Part shown: one piece after another, positions 51,450 through 60,247 of the stretch
Layout: each line of letters begins with the position of its first letter
Numbering within the stretch: position 1 is the first letter of the stretch
Source of the DNA: Poseidonia sp.
Lineage (GTDB): Archaea; Thermoplasmatota; Poseidoniia; Poseidoniales; Poseidoniaceae
Strand: one strand, 5' to 3'
NCBI RefSeq assembly: GCF_029250625.1
Contig: NZ_JAQXEX010000036.1
DNA: 64,000 nt
Program-made: the position numbers and the translations under genes
The notes under the pieces: generated by a model
What the model was told of the DNA's origin: nothing
The model's input: only the letters and a program-made list of their open reading frames with translations
Database searches by the model: none

Positions 51450-52181
51450 ATGTTGTTTGGATTTCTAGAATCGTTTAACGATGCCCCCCTACTCTTGTAC
51501 CTCGGGGTGTTTTCCATTGCCTGCATTGGAGGAGGGATTCCACCCATGCTTGAACGTCGTCGGCGCAGAGCGATCGAAAATGAATTGCCTGGATTCCTCG
51601 AAGCACTTTCTGACTCAGTAGGTGCTGGTCGTGGCCTCCAAGAAGCAATGATGGAGCAGTCAAACAGCAATGACGGTCCTCTTGCAGCTTTGCTTTCGGA
51701 AACACTGAAAGAAAGCCACGCATCATCTTTTGAAGCAAGTCTTTCTTCCTTTGCAGCAAAAACGAGATCCAGTCAAGTTCAACGGGTCATGGTTTTGATT
51801 GAAACTGCAATTCAGCAGGACTCCTCTTTGCGCGATATTCTCACGGACTTGAGCCGTGATTATGAACGCTTGAATGACCTCATGAACAACAGAGAAAATG
51901 AACTTCAGGGAAGGGGTATCCTCATCATCCTCTTTGTAAGCGTTGGCTTACCTGTGCTCATCGCCTTTATTGTGGGATTGTTTGCCCCCGCAAGTAAGGG
52001 ATTCCAAATCTCTGGTTTCAACCAGACTTTTAGCTACTTTTTCGCTGCAGCATCGGCGATTGGCGTAGGTGTTTCGGGACGTATGATGGGTCGCCTCAAA
52101 GATACACTTTGGTGGCTTCCTCTTTGGATGACCATTTCCATGGGCCTCTACCTAGGGGCAGTAAAAGCAGTCGGAGGTTGA
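51450..52181 (+). CDS. T2SSF-domain inner-membrane pilus platform protein (TadC-like half)
   Basis: An N-terminal TM helix, a second T2SSF-like helical bundle (LPGFLEALSDSVGAGRGLQEAM), and C-terminal TM helices. The track start is GTG 51441 and the first ATG is at 51450. Confidence 0.6.
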   Translation: MLFGFLESFNDAPLLLYLGVFSIACIGGGIPPMLERRRRRAIENELPGFLEALSDSVGAGRGLQEAMMEQSNSNDGPLAALLSETLKESHASSFEASLSSFAAKTRSSQVQRVMVLIETAIQQDSSLRDILTDLSRDYERLNDLMNNRENELQGRGILIILFVSVGLPVLIAFIVGLFAPASKGFQISGFNQTFSYFFAAASAIGVGVSGRMMGRLKDTLWWLPLWMTISMGLYLGAVKAVGG

Positions 52182-52184
52182 AGC

Positions 52185-53426
52185 ATGTCAGAACAAATTT
52201 TGGAACAATACGGACGAGTTACGATTTACACCGAACCCAACCACCCTTCTCCGATTTACCATGTAGATGGAGACATACAGGCCAACCCCTATGGTGACCT
52301 AGCCGCCTTGTTTGAAGACGATGCTCTCGAAGAAGTGATGTACAACGGTGGAACTCAATGCGTCAAAGTCGCTCACCGTGAACATGGAATGTGCCGAACA
52401 AACATTTGGATCGACGATGATTCGGGAATTCAAATTTCAAAGAACATCGCATCCTACACCAATGTCCCCCTTGGTGACGGACCGGGGCTCGTTCCTATCT
52501 TTGATGGCCGATTGCCCGATGGTAGCCGTGTTAACGGAACCATTCCTCCAGTCTCGCCTGACGGTCCAACATTGACCATTCGTAAATTCAAAGAAGACCC
52601 CTTGACAATGATTGATTTGGTCAATTTCGGAACTGTCAATTCACGCCTGGCTGCAATGATGTGGGTTTGGATTGAAGGTCTTGACAGTCGCCCAGCGAAC
52701 TTTGTTATCGCAGGCGGTACTGGTTCGGGTAAGACAACAACACTCAACTGCCTTGGAATGTACATTCCTTGGTCACGCCGTCTTTTGACGGTTGAGGATA
52801 CGGCTGAATTGCAAGTGTACCACGACCACTGGTTGCGGATGGAGACTCGAAGAGAGCGCCCCGATGGTACCCAAGAAGTGGATATGAACGATTGCCTCAA
52901 ATCCAGTCTTCGTATGCGTCCTGACCGAATCATTGTCGGAGAAGTGCGTGGGCCTGAATGTGCAACCTTGCTCACGGCAATGAACACTGGTCACGACGGT
53001 TCCTTTGGTTCCCTCCACGCAAATACGGCTCAAGAAACGGTAACTCGTATGATCAACCCACCGATGAACGTTCCACCGATTATGCTTAGCGGTCTTGACC
53101 TCATCATCATTCAGGCACGCCTCCATGTCAATGGACGAACAGCAAGAAAAATCACAGAAGTAGCTGAAGTTGCAGGTATGGAAGGAGACAAACCCCGCCT
53201 GAACGCCATCTGGAAGTACAATGCAGCAACCGACCAAATCGAAGAAACAGGAATCCCATCGAAGTTGCGAGAGACCATTTGTAACGCAGCGGGTGTGACT
53301 CCTGATGTCTTTGAACGGCACGTCCGTCAACGACAAGCTATCATTGAAGACCTGGTTGAACGAGGGATTTCAGATATTCAAACCGTAACTTCCGTGGTTC
53401 AGAACTTCTATGCTTCACAGCACTGA
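52185..53426 (+). CDS. Type IV pilus / secretion ATPase (FlaI/TadA/VirB11 family)
   Basis: Walker A IAGGTGSGKTTTLN, Walker B LLTVEDTAELQ, the RPDRIIVGEVRGPE arginine-finger region, and a His box GHDGSFGSLHANT. Confidence 0.8.
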   Translation: MSEQILEQYGRVTIYTEPNHPSPIYHVDGDIQANPYGDLAALFEDDALEEVMYNGGTQCVKVAHREHGMCRTNIWIDDDSGIQISKNIASYTNVPLGDGPGLVPIFDGRLPDGSRVNGTIPPVSPDGPTLTIRKFKEDPLTMIDLVNFGTVNSRLAAMMWVWIEGLDSRPANFVIAGGTGSGKTTTLNCLGMYIPWSRRLLTVEDTAELQVYHDHWLRMETRRERPDGTQEVDMNDCLKSSLRMRPDRIIVGEVRGPECATLLTAMNTGHDGSFGSLHANTAQETVTRMINPPMNVPPIMLSGLDLIIIQARLHVNGRTARKITEVAEVAGMEGDKPRLNAIWKYNAATDQIEETGIPSKLRETICNAAGVTPDVFERHVRQRQAIIEDLVERGISDIQTVTSVVQNFYASQH

Positions 53427-53428
53427 GT

Positions 53429-55270
53429 TCATCCACGAAGGCGCTCAAGGAGCTCGTCGACTCGGTCAATTTTTCCACGTACTCGGGTGATGCTTTCTGA
53501 AGCGTCAATGACCGATTCAGCCACTTCTTCATCATCATCCACATTGTGGTCTTCCGTTTTCTTGAAACTCTGTGCGAGCGCTTTGAGTTCTGTTACGATC
53601 GCATCAACTTCAGTTTCACTGACCAACACTCCTGGTGCAATGCGGGGGATGTCGGATGGTGAGAGGTATCCAAGTTCTGCGCCAATGATGCCTGCACATG
53701 CAAGAATTCTCGGTCGAAGGTCAACCGTATTCACCTCGTATCCTTTTGATTCTAAAAACCGAATGACGAGAGCTTGTTGTGGCTCTTCAAATCCATGTTC
53801 ACTGGATTCAAGGACTGTTTGTACAAGTTCTTCAAACGAGATGATGTTTCGTTCAAGTCGGGCAATGGTTGAGCGTTCACTGTCCATTAAATGGACAGCG
53901 CCATGGTGGAGGATTCGCATCATTCGTTGACGGCGCAAGACGACTGGGTCATGGAGTGCTTGTGTTTCAGCGATCTCAATGTGCAAGTCAAACAGTGCGT
54001 GCAAACGTCCCGATACGCTCGGGATGCGAAGGTCAAGGCCCATGTTTCTCGCCTCGCTTTCAAAGGCCATTCGTGCTTTAACAGCGTCTCCTTGGTGCAT
54101 GGCCAGCATGTTCTCTAGGTGGTCACGCAGGGTACTACGAGATTGTTCAAACCGGCGTAGCGCTTCTCGCTCACTCCAGGATTGAGGCATTGCATGGACT
54201 GCATTTGACTCCTGCTGCATCTGATAATCCAGTTCCATGATGGTGTTTGCTATAGATTGGTGTACAGGGGACAGGTCTGTTGCAAATCCATGGTCTGATA
54301 GCGCATCGATGAAGGCGCTCAAATCCTCTTGGTTCGTGGTTGAACTGACCATGAGGAAGTCGCGAGCAAGTGCGTGGATTTCGGCCATACGGCCCCGTAG
54401 TTCCATCAGTGCAGTTTCCACCTCAAGGCTGTGAGTTTCACTTTGATGTGTCTCTTGTATCATTGGCGGAGTTGACGGTTCAACAGCAATACTCACCGTC
54501 CTCAGGGTTTCATCAATGGTCGCTGATACATCGGATTGAGAACTTGTGTGTCCCATGGTTGAAAGTTCTTCACGCAAGGCGGTTTCTTCTTCAAAAGACC
54601 AACCGGCTCCGTGGTCTTCAACAAATTGTTCTACAGTTTCTGAAACATCAGCAGGTTTTGAGGTCTCCAAACCGGTTTCTCCAAACGGTATTTCTGGAAT
54701 GTTGATTTTGTCTCTTGGCCTTCGCAGACTTTTCTTGACTTTACCCCATGCATTCTCTTGAGAGGCCAACACACCAGCAACACGAACGAGTAAGGATTGC
54801 TTGTTGCCGGAGAGTTTTAGATTGAGTTCTTTGCACAGCGCGTGCAGTTCATCTCGGCTCATTAGGTCAAGATTGTCGGTAGTGAGTTGCTTTGGGTCGT
54901 GGTAGAGGTGGAGGTACATTCGCTGTCGTCTTGCTTTAATTGAGCCGGACTTTTTGATCCCAAATACGCCCAAGAGGTCGCCGAGTTCTGAGTTTGGAAT
55001 TTCTTTGATGCCGTCTTTTGAGAGGTCCCAGTCGCCAAGAACTACGGTTTGAATCAATCGAGAACGCAAGGCTTCAACAGAGCCTGCTTTTGACACATTG
55101 TGCTCGCTTGCAAGAGCCTTCAAATCGTCCAAACGGGCTTGATACAGTCCGCCTAGAAGTTCTGACTTGTCCATTCCGCTCTCACCTACATCGGCTTTTG
55201 CCGCATTGAAAGCATATATGTCTTCTCTGTAAAGCGCAGGCATGCAAGGCCATTCTGAGGGCAAATCCAA
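53429..55270 (-). CDS. Hypothetical protein with two N-terminal SAP/HeH (Rho_N-like) motifs and a long helical C-terminal region
   Basis: LDDLKALASEHNVSKAGSVEALRSRLIQ and MSRDELHALCKELNLKLSGNKQSLLVRVAGVL both fit the L..l.v.eL...a...g....G.K..Li.Rl pattern. The rest is unassigned. Confidence 0.45.
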   Translation of the reverse strand: MDLPSEWPCMPALYREDIYAFNAAKADVGESGMDKSELLGGLYQARLDDLKALASEHNVSKAGSVEALRSRLIQTVVLGDWDLSKDGIKEIPNSELGDLLGVFGIKKSGSIKARRQRMYLHLYHDPKQLTTDNLDLMSRDELHALCKELNLKLSGNKQSLLVRVAGVLASQENAWGKVKKSLRRPRDKINIPEIPFGETGLETSKPADVSETVEQFVEDHGAGWSFEEETALREELSTMGHTSSQSDVSATIDETLRTVSIAVEPSTPPMIQETHQSETHSLEVETALMELRGRMAEIHALARDFLMVSSTTNQEDLSAFIDALSDHGFATDLSPVHQSIANTIMELDYQMQQESNAVHAMPQSWSEREALRRFEQSRSTLRDHLENMLAMHQGDAVKARMAFESEARNMGLDLRIPSVSGRLHALFDLHIEIAETQALHDPVVLRRQRMMRILHHGAVHLMDSERSTIARLERNIISFEELVQTVLESSEHGFEEPQQALVIRFLESKGYEVNTVDLRPRILACAGIIGAELGYLSPSDIPRIAPGVLVSETEVDAIVTELKALAQSFKKTEDHNVDDDEEVAESVIDASESITRVRGKIDRVDELLERLRG

Positions 55271-55283
55271 ACGGCCGTAAGCA

Positions 55284-56384
55284 TCAGGATTCGTCGTAAT
55301 CCATCATCCTGAGGCTTGGTTCGGAAAATTCAGGAGGCATCCCTGGGATGGAACGTTTCAATTCTTCATGATCGGTGCTCATCATGGTGACGAGATTCAA
55401 AAACTCACGCAAGAGGTTTACCATTCCGATGTGGCTGTTTTCTGGAAGAACCACTCGCTCACAAGCAGCGGTTATACTCCCGGAGGGATTGAGGGTTTCA
55501 ATCATCAATTCAACGCGTGGTCCGCCTTTGATTGCTTTTCCTTCGGGGTTCAACATCGACTCTTGAGTTGATTCGTCCCCAATTCGTGTAGCTTCCCTCA
55601 AGATGGTGGAAATCTTTCGTTGTTCCACGTGCACACCAACTCGTTCATGGAGCACGGGGTCAAGACTGTCCATAATTGCATTTTCAAGACGATATGCGAG
55701 ATACGCACTTGGGTCAAGCATGGCTGATATGGGGGTTGCCGAAAATCCCTGTCGTGCTACGAGAAGGGTGAACCCGTGGAGCGGAGGGGGAATGAATCGT
55801 TCTCGGTTATGGTCGCTATCGTTCCTCTGAAGCCCGAGTGTATGTCGTCGAGACTTGAACCGGTACCCTGAGTGAATACTACGTGGGACGATAAATCCCT
55901 GAATTTTTTCTTCGATGCGGAGTTGTTCGAACCAGGGCCATTTTTCATCCTCATCAAGCTGAGCAAATTCTTCGGCCATTCCCAAATGTTTCGCCATGTC
56001 ATGGGATGTAAAAATGGTCAAATCATAACGAAGCCTCAGCATTTGGCGATGGAGCAGTTCAGAATCACAAACCAATATTGACTGACTTGGTAGGTATTCT
56101 GGTTTGTCGTTAGAAACCAGTACCCATGTCGGTTCCTTCCGAGTAAGAAGCCCCACAATGGCAAGTCCTTCTGTATCATGGTTTTCCCAATCAAATGCGC
56201 TCATTCCAAGAATGTCGCCGGTTCCATCTTTCAGACAATCAATGGCGACCTCCATGTGGGGAAGTTGCTTCATGATGAGATCCTGTTTTTTTCCGTGGGT
56301 TTCAACGGCTCGTTCCACATGTTGCCGCACGCCATCATGCTTTGATGGAGTGGTAAGGACAACGAGACGCTCACTGTTTTCCAT
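55284..56384 (-). CDS. Divergent porphobilinogen-deaminase-fold (HemC-like) protein
   Basis: LVVLTTPSKHDG roughly matches RIGTRGSKLA. LAIVGLLTRKEPTWVLVS roughly matches laai.eReDprDvlvs. A candidate cofactor Cys lies in AACERVV. The canonical GTSSLRR motif is absent. Confidence 0.35.
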   Translation of the reverse strand: MENSERLVVLTTPSKHDGVRQHVERAVETHGKKQDLIMKQLPHMEVAIDCLKDGTGDILGMSAFDWENHDTEGLAIVGLLTRKEPTWVLVSNDKPEYLPSQSILVCDSELLHRQMLRLRYDLTIFTSHDMAKHLGMAEEFAQLDEDEKWPWFEQLRIEEKIQGFIVPRSIHSGYRFKSRRHTLGLQRNDSDHNRERFIPPPLHGFTLLVARQGFSATPISAMLDPSAYLAYRLENAIMDSLDPVLHERVGVHVEQRKISTILREATRIGDESTQESMLNPEGKAIKGGPRVELMIETLNPSGSITAACERVVLPENSHIGMVNLLREFLNLVTMMSTDHEELKRSIPGMPPEFSEPSLRMMDYDES

Positions 56385-56465
56385 TCAATTACCTCGGTGA
56401 GGACAGGTCCTCGCAGGTCATGGGCGGGGACGATTGGTTAAGAAGCCCACCGGTGTGGAACAACT

Positions 56466-57449
56466 GTGCGAACAGAAGTAGCGGGTCTCGCAGATTCGCT
56501 TGAGGACATGCGTCGTGAGGTTGATGCTGGACTCTCTGATTTGATTCAAAATGAGATAAAAGCAGGTGCTGGAGAAGTCGCTCAAGAAGCGGGGCAGGTT
56601 CTGCTGGCGGGTGGGAAACGTCTGCGGCCTCTGTTAATTCTCCTTGCTCATCGCCTTGCAGGAGGCACTGACGACAGTGAAGTTATGCCCCTGGCGCTCG
56701 CCTTTGAACTGATACACACCGCAACCCTCGTTCATGATGACATCAACGATGAGGCGAACGAACGAAGAGGCAAGCCAACGATACATGCCAGAGCGGGACA
56801 AGCTAAGGCCGTTATCGCCGGTGACTGGCTCTTTGTACAGGGATTCGGACTTGGGGGCAGGTACAATGAGTCAATTGTTACTCTCATGGCCCGCTGTTGC
56901 GCCAACATTGCAGTTTCAGAATTCCATCAACTGGACCATGTGCTCAATCTTGCAACAACGCCAGAAGACTACCTCAGTATCGTCCGAGGAAAAACTGCAG
57001 GCCCCTTCGCTTCTGGCTGTCAAGCGGCTGGTCTTGTGGCGGGGTTATCTGAAGAGGACGCAGAAGCCCTTGAACGCTTTGGAATGCAACTCGGAATTGC
57101 GTTCCAACTTGTTGATGATCTTTTGGATTTACGAGGCGATGAACGGATGGGCAAACCTCGTGGAGCCGATGTCTATGAAGGAAAAATGACCCTTCCGTTG
57201 ATTCACGCTCTCACGCTTTCGCACGGCACCCACCGAGAGCGTCTTGCTGACATGATCGAATCGTTTGAAGATTCAAACTTTGAGGAATTAATGCATCTGC
57301 TGGACCGCTCAAGCAGTTTGGAATACGCTGAAATTTTGGTCCGAACTCATCTTGAGCGGGCTCAATCTGCTCTTGACCGGTTTCCCCCAAGTGAGGCAAA
57401 GGAGATGATGCTCCTGATTACACAACTTGTTATGGAACGGCATGCGTGA
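56466..57449 (+). CDS. idsA: Polyprenyl (geranylgeranyl) diphosphate synthase
   Basis: First aspartate-rich motif LVHDDINDEANERRG and second motif QLVDDLLDL. The GKRLRP and GK.ag.Dl..gK.Tlp regions are also present. Confidence 0.8.
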   Translation: MRTEVAGLADSLEDMRREVDAGLSDLIQNEIKAGAGEVAQEAGQVLLAGGKRLRPLLILLAHRLAGGTDDSEVMPLALAFELIHTATLVHDDINDEANERRGKPTIHARAGQAKAVIAGDWLFVQGFGLGGRYNESIVTLMARCCANIAVSEFHQLDHVLNLATTPEDYLSIVRGKTAGPFASGCQAAGLVAGLSEEDAEALERFGMQLGIAFQLVDDLLDLRGDERMGKPRGADVYEGKMTLPLIHALTLSHGTHRERLADMIESFEDSNFEELMHLLDRSSSLEYAEILVRTHLERAQSALDRFPPSEAKEMMLLITQLVMERHA

Positions 57450-58603
57450 GGGATTCCATGGGCGTCAAGGACATTGAGCACCGCCAAGTTATCATCATCG
57501 GGGCTGGTCCAGCCGGTACTGCCTGCGCTCAGCGACTTGCAGAAAGCGGCCTTGACGTTTTAATCTTAGAACGGCGTTCAATTGTAGGCAATCCGGCACA
57601 ATGCGGCGAATGCATCCCGAACTGGGGCGAAGTCATTGGAACCTTCAAAAACTTGGACGACCATCGATGGTTGAAGGAATATTTCGATTTCCCCGAGCGA
57701 CTTCGCCTCCACCGGCTTGACAACATGCGAGTGTTCCTTCCTTCAGGTAAATCATACAACTTCAAACTGGATGCATTCGCTGGACATCGTCTCCAATTTG
57801 ATGGCTATCTCGCTGATAAAGCCATAGCGGCGGGCGCAGAGGTGCGAATCTCAACGGCGTTGAAAAACATCCAACACCAGCGAAAAGCGAACCGAGATGT
57901 ATTGGTGACGGACCAAGGTCGATTTTCCTGCGACTTCCTTATCGATGCATCCGGAAGTCTTGCCCATGTAGGGCGACTGCGGCACGGTCAAGACAAAGCG
58001 GTTCGGCCCGAAGATCAAGTTCCAACAGTTTACGCCCAGGTTCGTGGTAACGTTCCAGAAACGTTTGATGTGTTCTTGGGTTCGGTCGCTCCGTCCGGTT
58101 ATGCTTGGATCATACCCAAGGGTCCGAACTTCGCCAACGTGGGACTCGGGGTTCGGGCTGGCAAACTAAAGGGTTCGCTCAAAGACCATCTTCGAACATT
58201 TTGTGATGACTTGGGGCTTGAAATTCTCTCCATCGGGGGTGGATGGATTCCCATGGGGGGTCCAGTTCAACGAATGGTGGAAGGGACAACACTCGCAATC
58301 GGCGATGCGGCGGGTTTGGTCATGCCGAGCAATGGAGGAGGAATCTCACAAGCCATTATTTCAGGATGTTTTGCTGCGGAAACGATCGTGAGTCATCTTG
58401 AGAACGGGACGCCTTTGGAAGATTACGAACAGCGTGTTCGTGGCTCAATGGGTAAAGCTCTGAAGAATTCACTTCGAAGCAAGAACATGGGGTATGCATT
58501 CATGCGCGGTGATTTTGCAACCGAGGTCATTTTGCGTTGTCTCGGCCCAATTGGTGGGATACGAAGAGCCATGGAATGCGAGAAGCCTCTCTGGGTATTC
58601 TGA
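57446..58603 (+). CDS. ggr: Geranylgeranyl reductase (FAD-dependent)
   Basis: VIIIGAGPAGTACAQRLAESGLDVLILER dinucleotide fold, the GD motif region IGDAAGLVMPSNGGGI, and archaeal GGR length. It overlaps the idsA stop by 4 nt. Confidence 0.85.
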   Translation: MRDSMGVKDIEHRQVIIIGAGPAGTACAQRLAESGLDVLILERRSIVGNPAQCGECIPNWGEVIGTFKNLDDHRWLKEYFDFPERLRLHRLDNMRVFLPSGKSYNFKLDAFAGHRLQFDGYLADKAIAAGAEVRISTALKNIQHQRKANRDVLVTDQGRFSCDFLIDASGSLAHVGRLRHGQDKAVRPEDQVPTVYAQVRGNVPETFDVFLGSVAPSGYAWIIPKGPNFANVGLGVRAGKLKGSLKDHLRTFCDDLGLEILSIGGGWIPMGGPVQRMVEGTTLAIGDAAGLVMPSNGGGISQAIISGCFAAETIVSHLENGTPLEDYEQRVRGSMGKALKNSLRSKNMGYAFMRGDFATEVILRCLGPIGGIRRAMECEKPLWVF

Positions 58604-58673
58604 GTTCCCGAAACATTGCTTGTTGCTTTCATACAATCGGTTGGTTCAAGTGATTTGGACTCCTCGTCTGTGT

Positions 58674-59165
58674 ATGCGAGCAAGCATTCAGCGCGATGAC
58701 GAGGCCGTGAGCCCTGTTATTGCAACGGTTCTTCTGCTCGCCATAACCGTCATGCTTTCCAGCATGGTATTCGTCTTGATGCAGGGGGCTCTTACCACTG
58801 TGGAAAAGAGCGCACCACAAGCAACTGTGAGTGTACGTGCATTGGATAACGGCTTCCACGTCATCAGAATCACAAGCCTGGACCAATCGGTTGACCCAGC
58901 CCGACTGCAGTTTGATCTTCTCCCTGCGAACCTAACGCAAGATTCTCCGCTACGAGGTCAAGTCAATGACGCAGATGTTTACGGAGTTGTAGGTTCTGAC
59001 GTGTCCTTCCACGACAGAGATGCAGGATACTCTGTGACACAAGGCGATTATTTCGTAATTGACTCCCAATCGATTGGGTCGACTGATGGGACCTGGTCGT
59101 TCCGACTGATCGAAGAGGCAGCAGGCGCCGTCATCATTGATGTGCGACTCCCTGCAATGGCTTGA
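58674..59165 (+). CDS. Archaeal type IV pilin (class III signal peptide)
   Basis: MRASIQRDDEA|VSPVIATVLLLAITVMLSSMVFV is the hallmark archaeal pilin/archaellin N-terminus, followed by a beta-rich domain. Start moved to ATG 58674. Confidence 0.55.
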   Translation: MRASIQRDDEAVSPVIATVLLLAITVMLSSMVFVLMQGALTTVEKSAPQATVSVRALDNGFHVIRITSLDQSVDPARLQFDLLPANLTQDSPLRGQVNDADVYGVVGSDVSFHDRDAGYSVTQGDYFVIDSQSIGSTDGTWSFRLIEEAAGAVIIDVRLPAMA

Positions 59166-60215
59166 TTAGCCTCCAATAAAGGACATTTCGACCTTTCTTG
59201 TTGATTCTGTATGCTCACTCCGTTCTTCCGAATATCGGTCAGAACGTTTCTCCCATATGCTTTGTATTGCATCTGAGAGTTCATCCGATGTAGCATTCAT
59301 TCTCAGCATCGTTTTCAAATCGTTTCCTTTTGAAGCGAAAAGGCAGGTGTAAAGGGAACCATTGGCGGACAGTCGTGCCCGAGTGCAGTCTCCACAAAAC
59401 GGAGCCGTAACCGATTCAATGCACCCAATTTCATATCCATCTGGAAGCGTAAACCGCTTGGCCACTTCCCCTCGGTTTGCTGGGGCGACAGGTGTAAGTT
59501 GACCGTGTTCAGATTCTATTTTCGTTCGAATGTCTTGACCGCTTACCACGTCGTCCAAATTCCATGCGTTGGTGTTCCCGACATCCATGAATTCAATGAA
59601 TCTCAACGGGACATCAAGTTCATGGAACCGATTGAGAAGGGGAAGGATTTGGTCCTCATTGAGGTTTTTCTTGACGACCGTGTTCACTTTCACGCCCAAG
59701 CCGACCCGCTTGGCTTCCATAATCCCCTCAATCACATCATTCGGAGACCATTGAGTACTGTCGGCCATGGCTTGGAACACATCAGGGTCAAGGGCGTCAA
59801 TACTCACCGTCACACGGTTCAATCCAGCCTCGTAAAGGGAGCTAGCGTTTTGTTTCAACAGGGCTCCATTTGTGGTCAGGGCAATATCGATGGAATCGCT
59901 CAAGTCACGCAGAAGGGAAATCAGGCCGACGAGGTTCTTGCGCAGCAAAGGTTCCCCTCCCGTCAATCGCAGTTTTCGAAGTCCCATAGGGAGGATGCTT
60001 TTCACGACATCTGCAATCTCTTCATAGGACAGCAATTCCTTACGTGGTAGGAAGGAGTGTTCTCCGTTGAAGTGCTCACGTGGCATGCAGTAGGTACACC
60101 TGAAGTTGCATCGGTCAGTAACCGATATGCGAAGGTCGCGAAGGGGCCGGCCCCGTGCATCCTTCAGCGACATAAGTTGCCCACTATGCACGAGGTTCTT
60201 GAATCTGTATTGCAA
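59166..60215 (-). CDS. moaA: GTP 3',8-cyclase MoaA (radical SAM)
   Basis: DRCNFRCTYCMP CxxxCxxC motif, the GGEPLLRKN region, and a C-terminal Cys cluster CGDCTRARLSANG. Confidence 0.85.
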   Translation of the reverse strand: MQYRFKNLVHSGQLMSLKDARGRPLRDLRISVTDRCNFRCTYCMPREHFNGEHSFLPRKELLSYEEIADVVKSILPMGLRKLRLTGGEPLLRKNLVGLISLLRDLSDSIDIALTTNGALLKQNASSLYEAGLNRVTVSIDALDPDVFQAMADSTQWSPNDVIEGIMEAKRVGLGVKVNTVVKKNLNEDQILPLLNRFHELDVPLRFIEFMDVGNTNAWNLDDVVSGQDIRTKIESEHGQLTPVAPANRGEVAKRFTLPDGYEIGCIESVTAPFCGDCTRARLSANGSLYTCLFASKGNDLKTMLRMNATSDELSDAIQSIWEKRSDRYSEERSEHTESTRKVEMSFIGG

Positions 60216-60247
60216 GGGTTCATGGCGGGAAAGGTGGACAAGTTTTC

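Noticed and set aside
58494-58673. 60-codon N-terminal extension of the pilin ORF overlapping the ggr 3' end
   Set aside because: It overlaps the well-supported ggr in another frame. The class-III signal peptide requires a start shortly before the hydrophobic segment, which is ATG 58674.
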